Numbered from the stretch's first letter, positions 29,939 to 40,675 are shown. The stretch: DNA of 64,000 bases from Salinivirgaceae bacterium (GCA_024405635.1 JAKSOL010000006.1:32001-96000); one strand, 5' to 3'. The notes: generated by a model from the sequence alone, not told the origin. Numbers and translations: made by a program.

Positions 29939-30865
29939 TTATGCGTTTGTGTTATCTGTTTTTGATTGCTCCGAAACCTCTACTTTTGGAGCCTCAGCGG
30001 TTGCTATTTTAGGTTCAGCAGGGGTTGCAGCTGGCTTTGGAGGCAATGGAGGGAAGTTTGGCGTGTGAATTGCGCCAGTTGGGCACTCTGCAGCGCACTT
30101 GCGGCATAAACGGCATTTGTTGTAGTCGATGTATGCAACATTGTTTTCAATAGTAATTGCCTCAAATGCACAAACTTTAGCACATTTACCGCAACCAATG
30201 CAGGCCGCTGTACAAGCTTTGCGAGCCACAGCTCCTTTGTCTTTGTTTACACACGATACAAATATGCGGCGGTCTTTAGGTCCTTTGTTGCGAATTTCAA
30301 TAACGCCTTTTGGACAAGAGCGTGCACAAGCGCCACATCCACCACATTTGTCTTGATCAACTTCAGGTAGTCCTGTTTCGTTGTTGATGCTTATTGCTCC
30401 CCAATTGCATGCAGCAACGCAATCGCCACAACCAAGACAACCATACGAACATCCTGTTTCGCCAGCAAATAAAGTTGCTGCAAAAGCACACGATTGAGCA
30501 CCATCGTACTTGCTTGTTTTTGGTCGGTTTTGGCATGTACCATTGCAACGTACAACAGCAATTTTTGGCGCTGCTGCCTTTATTTCTTGACCAAGCACTA
30601 CACCAATTTGTTGCATTACTTCGTTGCTTGATACAGGACATCTTAAACCTTCGATGTTAGGAGCAGTAACCAATGCTGTGGCTAATCCTCTACAACCGGG
30701 AAATCCACAACCTCCACAATTTGCTCCGGGAAGCATCTCTACAATTTGGTCGATGCGGGGGTCTTCTTCAACCTTAAATTTTTGAGCTACTATGTATAGC
30801 ACCACTGCTAATACCAAACCCAAAACGCCAAGTGCAATAACACTGTACAAAACAATTTCGTTCAT
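29939..30865 (-). CDS. rnfB: Rnf subunit B (polyferredoxin)
   Basis: LPGANCGGCGFPGC and multiple CxxCxxCxxxC motifs. Confidence 0.94.
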   Translation of the reverse strand: MNEIVLYSVIALGVLGLVLAVVLYIVAQKFKVEEDPRIDQIVEMLPGANCGGCGFPGCRGLATALVTAPNIEGLRCPVSSNEVMQQIGVVLGQEIKAAAPKIAVVRCNGTCQNRPKTSKYDGAQSCAFAATLFAGETGCSYGCLGCGDCVAACNWGAISINNETGLPEVDQDKCGGCGACARSCPKGVIEIRNKGPKDRRIFVSCVNKDKGAVARKACTAACIGCGKCAKVCAFEAITIENNVAYIDYNKCRLCRKCAAECPTGAIHTPNFPPLPPKPAATPAEPKIATAEAPKVEVSEQSKTDNTNA

Positions 30866-30869
30866 TTTG

Positions 30870-31283
30870 CTATTCTTTAATTATAAAAACGAATTTATTA
30901 TTCAGTTTGTGGCGGAACATATACAGAACCGCATAATAGGGTATTAGTATCAAAATTGATACCAATCCGCTTTGCAACTCGCTAAAACAGCATTGCAAGC
31001 ATACAATTAACGTAATTACAACTAAAACAAACGGCACTATATAAGCCAATGCTATTGCGCTGTTTGCCATTGCTTTGCTGCCCGATACTAACACTCGTTG
31101 ACCAACAGTGTATGTGCGTCCATTGGTTTGCGCAACAACTTGTTTTTCTGCTTTTTCCGACGATAGGCACATGTCTTTTGAATGGCATGCAGAACAAGCA
31201 CTACTGCACTCAATTTGTACAGTTACGGTGTTACCGTTACTTGAAATAATTGTGCCGCTTTTTGAGAAATCGGTTGTGCCCAT
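30870..31283 (-). CDS. RseC/MucC family protein
   Basis: SACSAC..C motif, two TM helices, immediately upstream of rnfB. Confidence 0.85.
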   Translation of the reverse strand: MGTTDFSKSGTIISSNGNTVTVQIECSSACSACHSKDMCLSSEKAEKQVVAQTNGRTYTVGQRVLVSGSKAMANSAIALAYIVPFVLVVITLIVCLQCCFSELQSGLVSILILIPYYAVLYMFRHKLNNKFVFIIKE

Positions 31284-31465
31284 TAATTGTAATTATTCGT
31301 TGGCGAAAGTAAGAAAAATAGGTAATTGGAAATAAGTATTGTGCTTGTAGTTATGAGCAATAAATAACAATTGATGATTACTGAGCGAAAAGTGTTGCTT
31401 TAAATGAATATTGTTTTGACCCCAAACACAATATATGATTAAAGGTGGAATAGGGAATGAGCAAT

Positions 31466-31501
31466 AAAAAAATCCAGCTGAATATTATTTCAACTGGATT
31501 T
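31466..31501 (-). terminator. Terminator after the tRNA pair
   Basis: aaaaaaatccagctgaa...ttcaactggattt. Confidence 0.7.
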
Positions 31502-31505
31502 GCTT

Positions 31506-31592
31506 TGGTGCCCAGAACAAGACTCGAACTTGCACGAACTAATGTTCACCACCCCCTCAAAGTGGCGCGTCTACCAATTTCGCCATCTGGGC
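31506..31592 (-). tRNA. tRNA-Leu (anticodon GAG), CCA encoded
   Basis: GCCCAGA..TGGTAGACGC..CCACT-TTGAGGG-GGTGG, long variable arm, GTTCGAGT, TCTGGGCACCA. Confidence 0.95.
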
Positions 31593-31600
31593 TTATGATG

Positions 31601-31684
31601 TGCCTAAAACAGGACTCGAACCTGCACGTTCTTGCAAACGCTAGTCCCTGAAACTAGTGCGTCTACCTATTCCGCCATTTAGGC
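31601..31684 (-). tRNA. tRNA-Leu (anticodon CAG), CCA not encoded
   Basis: GCCTAAA..AGGTAGACGC..CTAGT-TTCAGGG-ACTAG, long variable arm, GGTTCGAGTCC, TTTAGGCA. Confidence 0.95.
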
Positions 31685-31694
31685 AACGGGTGCG

Positions 31695-31702
31695 CAAAAG
31701 TA
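31695..31702 (-). promoter_or_regulatory. -7 promoter element for the tRNA-Leu pair
   Basis: TACTTTTG 10 nt upstream of tRNA-Leu(CAG). Confidence 0.65.
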
Positions 31703-31879
31703 AATAATTATTGAAACAAACAAGCACATTATTAATGTGTGGTACTTTTTATTTGTCTCGTTAACATTATTAATCTATCCGTATTAGTGTAAATCGTAAG
31801 GTATAACGCCATCAAGAGCGTCGCATGCCAATGCAAGTGTTTTCAATCCAAAAATTATGACTGCGAGCAAAAGACTCAA

Positions 31880-32101
31880 TTATTTTTTCTGTGAGTACAT
31901 TGGATGAGTTTGCAGCAATTCTTCGTTCCTCTTCATCTGTTCTAAATCATCTTTCCGCGATATAGGTTGCTGCCGTAATTTTTCTATTGCAGCCAAACAA
32001 CTCTCGCTTCTCTTTTTGTGTTCCTCGTTCAAATATACTGGTTCGTAACCAAGAAGATGAGCAAATCGATATGCCATATTTGTATATTTTTTCTGTTTCA
32101 T
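31880..32101 (-). CDS. Small hypothetical protein overlapping an interrupted second frame
   Basis: 73-aa ORF with helical, charged character; lies in a relic region. Confidence 0.35.
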   Translation of the reverse strand: MKQKKYTNMAYRFAHLLGYEPVYLNEEHKKRSESCLAAIEKLRQQPISRKDDLEQMKRNEELLQTHPMYSQKK

Positions 32102-32199
32102 GCAAAATTACATCAATATTCTTCATTAAAACAATCTCCATTATTATTCTAATTCTTAACTAATTTACTGAAAATTTTTCGGATTAGCAAGACTAAAAT

Positions 32200-32620
32200 G
32201 TTGTTTGTTAGCGCTTTTTTCCAACCAAACGGAAGTGTGCCATCGTTGTTAGCTTAAATGTAGTTTACGACCTTAACATTAAGGCCTGCTCTCGTTTCTG
32301 CTTCGGTACAGTAATAAACATTTTCGTTGCCACGTAGGCTGAAATATTGATTAACGCCTCGCTATCTAGGCGTTGCTGTTTTGCCCTCAATGCAGTTGTT
32401 TCAGCGTTGAACATTAAATCTGATTAGCGCGGATAGACGTATTCAACATTTGCGTTGTTTTCTGCATTGTAACGATCAATAATACGGCGTGTTTCCTCGT
32501 CGCTCAGTATGCGAACTATGCGTATTGCATCAGCAATATACCAGTCCATTTTGTCGTCTTGCGCTGCTTTTTATTGCGTAACAAATTCAGTAGATTAACG
32601 TTTGCTCCAACTAAATGTTT
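32200..32620 (-). pseudogene. Decayed gene fragment resembling a large polyvalent (phage/MGE) protein
   Basis: 32549-32424 reads MDWYIADAIRIVRILSDEETRRIIDRYN..; the frame continues past an in-frame TAA; family link is from recall only. Confidence 0.4.
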
Positions 32621-32690
32621 TGATGCAAAACAAGGTTCAATAACCATAAACATAAAGTTGTTTTATATTCGCCGAGTTAAATAGTAGATT

Positions 32691-33431
32691 ATGGATATTA
32701 CGTATAAAACTGAGTATCAAATACTTTCGAATCATGTTGGAGCTGATTACAAGGCTCGTCTTTCTACTTTAATGTGTTTTTTCTTAGAGTCGGCCTATCA
32801 TCATGCAGTAAAATTGGGTGTTGGTAGTGAGTTGTTGCGCGACAAACACAATGTTTTTTGGGCATTGTACCGCATACATATCGAAATGAATGAGTATCCA
32901 AAATGGCGCGACAAAATAACCATTGAAACATGGCCGGCTGGCACTAACCGTTCGTTTGCTTACCGTTGTTTTCGTATTTATGCCGAAGATGGCAGTTTGC
33001 TTGGACAAGGCATAACCGATTGGATTATAATGAGTTTTGAAACACGTAAGTTGGCCGATGCAACACAGATTTTTGCATCGAGCAATTTGCCAACCGAGAA
33101 TATGGGCGATAAATTAGGTTTGTCAAATACCAAAATAAGATTGCCAAAAGAGAATCCTATAAGTCAAATTCAGCGCATGACCGTTTATAGCGACATTGAT
33201 ATAAACAATCACGTAAATAGTGCTCGTTATCTCGATTATGCTGTAGATGCTTTGGATATTAACGAGGTACAATCAAAACCAATAACAGTGGCAGACATTA
33301 ATTATAATGCCGAAGTGGCAGTTGGTCAACCTATTGATATAAAGGTATATAACACCGAAAAAGGGTATATTGTATCGGGCGAAAAAGCTGACGGTACACA
33401 ATCGTTTACTGCCCAAATAAAACTAGGGTAG
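32691..33431 (+). CDS. Acyl-ACP thioesterase
   Basis: YPKW..ITIETW and DIDINNHVNSARY motifs; double hotdog size. Confidence 0.9.
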   Translation: MDITYKTEYQILSNHVGADYKARLSTLMCFFLESAYHHAVKLGVGSELLRDKHNVFWALYRIHIEMNEYPKWRDKITIETWPAGTNRSFAYRCFRIYAEDGSLLGQGITDWIIMSFETRKLADATQIFASSNLPTENMGDKLGLSNTKIRLPKENPISQIQRMTVYSDIDINNHVNSARYLDYAVDALDINEVQSKPITVADINYNAEVAVGQPIDIKVYNTEKGYIVSGEKADGTQSFTAQIKLG

Positions 33432-33527
33432 GTGTTTTATAATGTATGGTTATGGTACTTTTATCAAAAACCAAAAGTGCTCATATAAAATGTGGTCTAT
33501 TTTAGCTTGATTAAAAATTTTTGAGAA

Positions 33528-34583
33528 ATGAAAAAAACGTTTGCTGCAGTTGCATTACTATGTGCCACATTTACCATGTCGGCGCAAAACATAGTTGGCA
33601 ACGACTCTACACTAGTGCTAGTAGGCGACCAAGATGCCGAAGTGGCATTTAATGCAGGAAATCAAAAAGTAAGTCAAGGCAAGTATGCCGAGGCAATAAC
33701 AAGTTTTAACGAGGCTTTGTCGCATAATCCAAACTTTGTGAAAGCGCTAGTTAACCGAGGTTTTGCAAAATCGGAATTGGCAGACTACAACGGTGCGATA
33801 AGCGATTTTAGCAAGGCTCTAAGTCTTGACCAATCGTTGGCACAAGTGCAATATGGTAGGGGATTGGCCTATTTTAACTTAAACAAATCGGCCGAAGCTT
33901 TAACCGATTTTGAAGATGCCATTAAAAATGGATACAAAGAAGCCAATGTTTACTACTACGCTGGCATCGCTTGTTTTGAAACAGGAGTTTATGAAGAGGC
34001 TATTAGTAATCTTACATTGGCAATAGGTTTAAATCCAAACAATGCACAAGCATATAACGACCGAGGCAGCGCCAAACGAATGAAAGAAGATTATGATGGT
34101 GCAATAGCCGATTATCAAGCTGCAATTAAAATTGACATGAAGTTGGCAACTGCATACAACAATTTGGGTAGTTGCTTGCTAAAAAAAGGAAAGGTTGATG
34201 ATGCTATTACCAATTATAATATGGCCATAAGCCTCGATCCAAAATACTACATTGCAGTAAACAACCGAGCTCGAGCCAAGTACGAGAAAAAACTATATGA
34301 CGAAGTGGTTGCCGATTGCAAAAAAGCAATTGAAATAAACCCAGATTATGCATACGCATACAACAACATGGGCATTGCTCAAATGAAATTGCGCGATTAT
34401 GAGAATGCCTACGCATCATTTAGTAAAGCCATTGAACTGAATAAAAATTTTGCAGAGGCTTATTTGAATCGTGGTAGTTGTCAAGAGATGCAACGCCAAT
34501 TTGAAAAAGCTTGCGCCGATTGGCAAAAGGCTTATGATTTGGGCATCAGCAAAGCAAAAAACTACATTTCGTTTTACGAGTAA
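33528..34583 (+). CDS. Secreted TPR-repeat protein
   Basis: Signal peptide; about nine TPR units (AYNNRG/AYNNLG-type). Confidence 0.9.
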   Translation: MKKTFAAVALLCATFTMSAQNIVGNDSTLVLVGDQDAEVAFNAGNQKVSQGKYAEAITSFNEALSHNPNFVKALVNRGFAKSELADYNGAISDFSKALSLDQSLAQVQYGRGLAYFNLNKSAEALTDFEDAIKNGYKEANVYYYAGIACFETGVYEEAISNLTLAIGLNPNNAQAYNDRGSAKRMKEDYDGAIADYQAAIKIDMKLATAYNNLGSCLLKKGKVDDAITNYNMAISLDPKYYIAVNNRARAKYEKKLYDEVVADCKKAIEINPDYAYAYNNMGIAQMKLRDYENAYASFSKAIELNKNFAEAYLNRGSCQEMQRQFEKACADWQKAYDLGISKAKNYISFYE

Positions 34584-34595
34584 AATTTGAAAGAT

Positions 34596-36635
34596 ATGCG
34601 TAGATTAATATATACCACAGCATTATTTCTTGTTGCTTTTGCAGCATCGGCACAAGATGTGCCATTTGACAAGAATCTATTCCCAGAACAAAGGGATGCC
34701 TTTAAAATGGCAAACAACGATTTCAAAACAGGCGAAAACAATTTTGCAGTTGAACGTTATGCCGAGGCATTGTACAACTATCTTGAAGCATACAAATTTA
34801 ACCCCGACTATTCGATACTAAACTACAAAATAGGAGTGTGTTATATGAACACAGCAACTCGCTACAAGGCATTACCATACTTTGAGCGAGCTTTTCAACT
34901 TAACCGAAATGTAGCACCAGACATACATTTAATGATGGCAAAAGGCTATCACCTAAATAACAAGTTTGATTTGGCGATAAACGAATACAAAGCACACGAG
35001 GCCCAACTTACACCAGTTGAAGCAAGCTCAATGCGCGAAGAAATTGCCAAGCACATTGAAGAGTGCAATACCGCCAAAGAACTAATTGCTGAGCCAGCCC
35101 GCGCTTTTGTTGACAACATAGGCTCAGTTATCAACTCACGTTTTAACGACCACAGTCCACTTATTTCCGCCGATGAATCGATGATGATTTTTACATCGAC
35201 ACGAAACAACGGCCACCGAGTTGTTGATGATCAATACGACGAAGATATATATGTGAGTGAAAGTGCTGGTAAAAGCTGGCAAGCTCCACAATCAATAGGC
35301 GAACCTATTAATACACAGTTTGACGATGCTACAGTAGGTGTTACCCCCGACGGACAACAATTGCTTATTTATAATGGCAAGAAAAACGGAGGCGATATAG
35401 AGATTTGTCAACTAAAAGGCGATAAATGGGAATACCCAAAAGCATTGCCTAAACCAATCAACTCTGAATATCACGAAACATCGGCTTGCTTTTCGCCCGA
35501 TGGTCGCACAATTTATTTTGTAAGCGATCGTCCTGGCGGTTACGGAGGAAGCGATATATATATGTGTTCGCGAACATATAAAGGCAAATGGGGCGAGGCT
35601 ATCAACTTAGGTCCAGTCATCAACTCAAAATACGACGAAGAGGCTGTGTTTATGCACCCTGATGGACGAACTTTGTACTTCAGCTCAAACGGACACAAAA
35701 CTATGGGCGGTTTCGACATATTTATGTCGCAACTTAACGATAACGGAACTTGGTCAGAACCAGTAAACCTTGGCTATCCAATAAACTCAACCGACGACGA
35801 CCTTTGCTTTGTTATTTCAGCAAGTGGACGTCACGGATATTGTAGCAGCGTTCGTCCCGATGGCATTGGCGGTTTTGATATTTATCGTTCAACATTTTTG
35901 GGCCCCGAAAAACCATTGGTGTTAAGTAGCGAAGACAACCTTATATCGGCTCGCGAACAACCAGTGTCTGATATGGTTATGGAGGCTTCGGTTGAATTGA
36001 AAACCATACGTTTGACTATTGTTAAAGGTATTGTACGCGATGCTATTAGCAACGAGCCTGTTAGCGCCCAAATTGATATTGTTGACAACGAGAAAAACGA
36101 GGTTATTTTTACATCGCAAACCAACTCGTCAACAGGTAAATTCTTGGTGTCGTTGCCTTCAGGTAAAAACTATGGTTTGGCAGTTAAGGCCGAAAATTAC
36201 TTGTTCCACTCTGAAAACTTCGATATCCCTGGAGCAACAGAATATCAAGAGATTAACAAAGAAATTGCACTGAATAACATTAAAAAGGACGTAAAGATTA
36301 TTTTGAAAAACGTGTTCTTTGAGACAGGAAGTGCAAAACTTAAACCAACATCGTATGCCGAGCTTGGTCGCTTAACCAAATTGATGACCGACATGCCAAC
36401 CATGCGAATAGAGATTTCAGGTCACACCGATAATCAAGGAAGTTATGCAACAAACCAACGTTTGTCAGAGGCTCGTGCAAAATCGGTTGTTGACTTTATG
36501 ATTTCAGAAGGAATTGCAGCAAACCGACTAGAATACAAGGGTTACGCATTTGATCAACCAATTGCCGATAACAGCACAAAAGACGGTAGAGCAATGAACC
36601 GTAGGGTGGAGTTTAAGGTGTTGAGTACAGAGTAG
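34596..36635 (+). CDS. TPR + PD40 + OmpA-like peptidoglycan-binding protein (PorE-like architecture)
   Basis: Repeated NLG..INS..D/PDG.TLYF.S units; GHTDNQG..LSEARA..NRRVE. Confidence 0.88.
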   Translation: MRRLIYTTALFLVAFAASAQDVPFDKNLFPEQRDAFKMANNDFKTGENNFAVERYAEALYNYLEAYKFNPDYSILNYKIGVCYMNTATRYKALPYFERAFQLNRNVAPDIHLMMAKGYHLNNKFDLAINEYKAHEAQLTPVEASSMREEIAKHIEECNTAKELIAEPARAFVDNIGSVINSRFNDHSPLISADESMMIFTSTRNNGHRVVDDQYDEDIYVSESAGKSWQAPQSIGEPINTQFDDATVGVTPDGQQLLIYNGKKNGGDIEICQLKGDKWEYPKALPKPINSEYHETSACFSPDGRTIYFVSDRPGGYGGSDIYMCSRTYKGKWGEAINLGPVINSKYDEEAVFMHPDGRTLYFSSNGHKTMGGFDIFMSQLNDNGTWSEPVNLGYPINSTDDDLCFVISASGRHGYCSSVRPDGIGGFDIYRSTFLGPEKPLVLSSEDNLISAREQPVSDMVMEASVELKTIRLTIVKGIVRDAISNEPVSAQIDIVDNEKNEVIFTSQTNSSTGKFLVSLPSGKNYGLAVKAENYLFHSENFDIPGATEYQEINKEIALNNIKKDVKIILKNVFFETGSAKLKPTSYAELGRLTKLMTDMPTMRIEISGHTDNQGSYATNQRLSEARAKSVVDFMISEGIAANRLEYKGYAFDQPIADNSTKDGRAMNRRVEFKVLSTE

Positions 36636-36665
36636 TGCTTTATTGTTTATTTTGAAAAATAACAG

Positions 36666-38492
36666 ATGTTATCGATTTTTAAGTTAAAAGAACGTTTTTT
36701 TAAAGCCTACTTTAGGGTTCAAGACGGTTTTAAGATTTTTTGCAAATACCTTGCAGCTATTAGCAATGTGGTAATGATGGTGAGTATGCTCACTTTTATT
36801 GCTTTGCTAATTGTTAACGTGGGCGATTTTTTCTCGCGCGAAAGTATTGTATATCAAGAGATTTTATTGTCGGCATCAAAATACTTGCTTTTAGTTACAT
36901 ACATAACTAAGTATTTGCACGATTTTGTTCTTGTGCGTTACCATAAAGTAATGCCATGGATTAACGAGATTGTGATGTTTTTAGCGGTGACTGTGGTTGT
37001 GTGTGCTTCGTTTCCAAACTCTTTCCCATCGTTAGGAAATACTTTTTTGGCTCACCACAATGTGCAGTTGCTCACCATTGCAATTATGACGGTTACAGAA
37101 ATGTACCGCATATTTAAAATCATTAACTCAATCCGCATTTCTCCTTCGATGCTTTTGGCCGCCAGTTTTTTGGTGGTTATTTTCATCGCTTCGGGTTTGT
37201 TTCTGTTGCCAAGTATGCATACTCAAAAGTTGAGTTATCTCGACTCGTTGTTTTTTGCAACAAGCGCAACATGTGTAACTGGAATGTCAACCTTTGATAT
37301 TGCACAAACACTTACACATAAGGGATACGTTTTGTTACTTTTTGTAATTCAGTTGGGTGGTATAGGTGTAATGTTTTTTACAGCATTTTTTGCTTATGCA
37401 TTTACTGGAACATTCTCATTTAAAGACCGATTACTACTTAAAGATGTGTTCTCGTCAGACACTATGAACGACCTTTTTCGTTTAATGGCTCATGTGTTGG
37501 GCATTACATTCTTCTTTGAACTAATAGGTACTAGCATTATTTATTTTTCAGTACGAAACGCAGTGGCAAACCCACTATTCTTTTCGTTATTTCACTCAAT
37601 TTCGGCTTTCTGTAATGCAGGATTATCCACACTTCCATTAGGATTGTCTGACCCAGCTGTTGCAGGAAACAATGTTTTGTACTCAACTTTAACAGTGCTA
37701 ATAATTCTTGGAGGTATTGGTTTCCCAATAATTATATCGTTGCTACTATGGTTGCGAAGCAAGTTGAATACATCGTTTTCAATACTACCCAATAAACGCA
37801 TCGATTATAGTGCATTGCACGAAAGTGAAATATCGAACCGAATTGTAATAGTAACCACCATTATTTTATTGATAATAGGAACCTTTGTTTACTTTATATT
37901 AGAGCGAAATGCATCGCTTAGCGACAATTCGTTTGCAGTAAAAGTGATAAAGTCATTCTTCTTCAGTGCATCAGCCCGAACATCAGGATTCTGCTTGACA
38001 GATTTGTACGAATGGCGCCCAGCAACTATTGTGTTTACAATGATACTGATGTGGATAGGTGCTTCGCCAGGTTCAACTGGTGGTGGTATTAAAACAACCG
38101 CATTTGCAATTGCAGTGTTATCGGTTTTTTATTTTTTACGAGGAAGCCGCTACATTGAAATAGGATATCGCCGCATTGGATTTGAAACCATTTCGCGTGT
38201 GCTAACGCTTATTACATTGTCAGTTATTATATTGAGTGTGAGCGTGATACTGATAATGGTTATGGAACCTGATAAAGATCCTTTGGCATTGGTTTTTGAG
38301 GTTGTTGCTGCATTCTCAACCACAGGAATGTCCATTGTTGGAACAATGAACTTGGGCATACCTGCACGAATCCTAATCATTTTTCTTATGTTTATCGGTC
38401 GTATCGGACCTTTGGCTTTGCTATCGGGACTATTTATATCGCGAAAGCCTAAATATTCAAAGTATCCATATAAAAACCTGACTATCAACTAA
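36666..38492 (+). CDS. TrkH/KtrB K+ uptake membrane subunit with N-terminal TM extension
   Basis: SATCVTG, SAFCNAG, ARTSG, GSTGGGIK, AFSTTG and MFIGRIG motifs. Confidence 0.9.
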   Translation: MLSIFKLKERFFKAYFRVQDGFKIFCKYLAAISNVVMMVSMLTFIALLIVNVGDFFSRESIVYQEILLSASKYLLLVTYITKYLHDFVLVRYHKVMPWINEIVMFLAVTVVVCASFPNSFPSLGNTFLAHHNVQLLTIAIMTVTEMYRIFKIINSIRISPSMLLAASFLVVIFIASGLFLLPSMHTQKLSYLDSLFFATSATCVTGMSTFDIAQTLTHKGYVLLLFVIQLGGIGVMFFTAFFAYAFTGTFSFKDRLLLKDVFSSDTMNDLFRLMAHVLGITFFFELIGTSIIYFSVRNAVANPLFFSLFHSISAFCNAGLSTLPLGLSDPAVAGNNVLYSTLTVLIILGGIGFPIIISLLLWLRSKLNTSFSILPNKRIDYSALHESEISNRIVIVTTIILLIIGTFVYFILERNASLSDNSFAVKVIKSFFFSASARTSGFCLTDLYEWRPATIVFTMILMWIGASPGSTGGGIKTTAFAIAVLSVFYFLRGSRYIEIGYRRIGFETISRVLTLITLSVIILSVSVILIMVMEPDKDPLALVFEVVAAFSTTGMSIVGTMNLGIPARILIIFLMFIGRIGPLALLSGLFISRKPKYSKYPYKNLTIN

Positions 38493-38500
38493 TTAAAGAT

Positions 38501-39187
38501 ATGAAATTTATTGTTATTGGCTTGGGCTATTTTGGTTCAACTTTGGCCATCAGCCTAATTGAACAAGGACACGAAGTAATTGGAGTTGACAACCGTTGGA
38601 ACCGCGTTGATGAACTTAAAAACCTGATTCCAAACGTGATGGAGATGGATACAACCAACGAACAGGCTGTAAAAACCCTTCCGCTTGACGACACCGATTC
38701 GGTTATAGTTGCCATTGGCGAAGATGTTGGTTCATCGTTGCTTACGCTATCTATTTTGCAAAATTTAGGAGTAAAAAACATTATTGGGCGTGTTATTAGT
38801 CCAATTCACCAAAACATTTTAAAACAAATTGGCATTGAACACACTGTTCACCCTGAGTTTGCAACAGCTATTCGTGTTGGTTTGAAACTACAACTGCGCG
38901 ATGCTATTGATGTGTTTGAACTTGACGACAATAATGTGATTGCTGAATTTAAAGTTCCTTCAAAATATGATGGTCACACAGTTGGTACAATGAACTTAAC
39001 TCAGCGTTTCAAATTGCGTTTAATGGCTGTTAAAACACCATCGAGCCAACGTGGTGTGATGTCAATTATTAGCAAAAACGAGTATATGACCAACTTTGAA
39101 CCTTCTGACGAAATGGTTGTTCATGAGAGCGATGTGTTGGTTTTAGCTGGTTCGATGAACGATATGAAGAAATTTGCTGCTGAGTAG
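38501..39187 (+). CDS. TrkA/KtrA RCK regulatory subunit
   Basis: IVIGLGYFG Rossmann motif, VAIGED, HPE; follows the membrane subunit. Confidence 0.9.
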   Translation: MKFIVIGLGYFGSTLAISLIEQGHEVIGVDNRWNRVDELKNLIPNVMEMDTTNEQAVKTLPLDDTDSVIVAIGEDVGSSLLTLSILQNLGVKNIIGRVISPIHQNILKQIGIEHTVHPEFATAIRVGLKLQLRDAIDVFELDDNNVIAEFKVPSKYDGHTVGTMNLTQRFKLRLMAVKTPSSQRGVMSIISKNEYMTNFEPSDEMVVHESDVLVLAGSMNDMKKFAAE

Positions 39188-39211
39188 ATTTTTTAATCAA
39201 ATTAGAATAAC

Positions 39212-39245
39212 AAAAAAAAGCCCCGCAAAATTGCGAGGCTTTTTT
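39212..39245. terminator. Bidirectional intrinsic terminator
   Basis: aaaaaaaagccccgcaa-aa-ttgcgaggctttttt between convergent genes. Confidence 0.85.
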
Positions 39246-39264
39246 GTTGTGTATGGTTAAAGTT

Positions 39265-40623
39265 TTATTTGTTGGCAGTTTCAATTTGTTGCAACCAAAA
39301 TGCTTTAACGTCATTCCATTTGTAGTAAGGGAAATTGCCATCGATAGGCAATTGGGCCTCGTTTTCGTTTTGCAGAATTTTTACAAGAATGTCGTCGTTC
39401 GCATTTGACGAACGATAGAATATAATTTGCATGTTAGCAGCCATTGGAACGTAACGTGCTGTAGTCCATTTATTTGCAAGTTGCGACAGGTCGTCAATTT
39501 GTTCGCCAGCTTTATTTACACCAAGAAGTGCAAGTAATGGCATAAGGCCATTGTCGTGACCAAAACGAAGGTTTGCACGAAGGTTGCTAGTTCCATTTAT
39601 CACAGCGTCGGCTTCTTCAATAATTTTGTTTGCCAAGTATTGTGCGTTTTTAACGTTTTTAAGTCCGCCCAATTGTGGAGCGCAACTATAGTTTGTGTAC
39701 CAATAAAAGTTGCTGCTTTTATATTGATCAATCAATTCGGCAGGAGTAAAGAAGTTGAAAATTTCGCTAACTCCATCAACAAACACACCTTGACCAATTC
39801 CGGCAGCGTTGTAAATGCCAGAAGCTATACGATGAAGGTTAAAGCGTTTTGCGGCAGCTTCGGCATCAATAAACAAACGTTTAGCTGGCAATTCGCGGCT
39901 CAAACTGCCATAAAACTTAAACGATTGTGCGCGCCATTCGGCACTATCGCGGTATGGATTGCGATCGGGTTCGTGCAATAAGTAGTATTGAAAACAAAGT
40001 CCGCAGTCGTTGCTAATGGTTAGAGTAGGATATTTGGCTTTAAGTTCTTGACAAAAAGCGTCCATACTCAAAATACAGCGAGTAACTACGGTTGATTTTG
40101 CATCGATATAAGCGTTTGGACCTTCAAAAACTTGAGGGAAATTTTTCATCATTCGTTGTGCAATGCCTTGATGTTGAGTGCGGCCAGCTGCAGAAAGGTC
40201 GCCTGCTCGTAGTTTAGCATCAGCATTGATTAGTGCTAGTTCGTTGGCAATTTTTAGACCTTGCTCGTTTAGCATACCTTCGTTTTTAGCCGAATCGAGA
40301 GTGGCTGCCCACCATTGGTACTCGCGTTGTCCCCAGTGATAGCGCGACCCGTGGCGTCCATAGTGACTAATGTAGAATGGTTTGTAGCCTTTTGGGGCTG
40401 CGGTAAGTGTTGGATAATCGAAAACGCCGTTGTCAATTTCGTTGCAAATCATAACGGCTGTGTCGTAATAAATGTGGTTGGTGTAGGTGAGTTTTGTGTA
40501 CTTTGTTAAAATAGAATCGCTTGCTTCTGTTTTAAGCGTACACTGCTTGGTTGATTGTTGATTTTGTGCACATGATGCCAATGTTGCCAATGCAATTAGC
40601 AATGCACTTGTTTTAATTTTCAT
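39265..40623 (-). CDS. Histidine acid phosphatase, lipoprotein
   Basis: Lipobox LASC; YGRHGSRY and RFGHD motifs. Confidence 0.88.
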   Translation of the reverse strand: MKIKTSALLIALATLASCAQNQQSTKQCTLKTEASDSILTKYTKLTYTNHIYYDTAVMICNEIDNGVFDYPTLTAAPKGYKPFYISHYGRHGSRYHWGQREYQWWAATLDSAKNEGMLNEQGLKIANELALINADAKLRAGDLSAAGRTQHQGIAQRMMKNFPQVFEGPNAYIDAKSTVVTRCILSMDAFCQELKAKYPTLTISNDCGLCFQYYLLHEPDRNPYRDSAEWRAQSFKFYGSLSRELPAKRLFIDAEAAAKRFNLHRIASGIYNAAGIGQGVFVDGVSEIFNFFTPAELIDQYKSSNFYWYTNYSCAPQLGGLKNVKNAQYLANKIIEEADAVINGTSNLRANLRFGHDNGLMPLLALLGVNKAGEQIDDLSQLANKWTTARYVPMAANMQIIFYRSSNANDDILVKILQNENEAQLPIDGNFPYYKWNDVKAFWLQQIETANK

Positions 40624-40675
40624 AATATGTTTTTTTATGGTTTGGGTGTCCAAATTAGTAAAAAATGTTTTGCAA

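Noticed and set aside
31506-31684. tRNA-Leu as the attachment site of an intact element
   Set aside because: No duplicated tRNA 3' end or integrase noticed; the 3' side runs directly into a terminator and the rnf operon.
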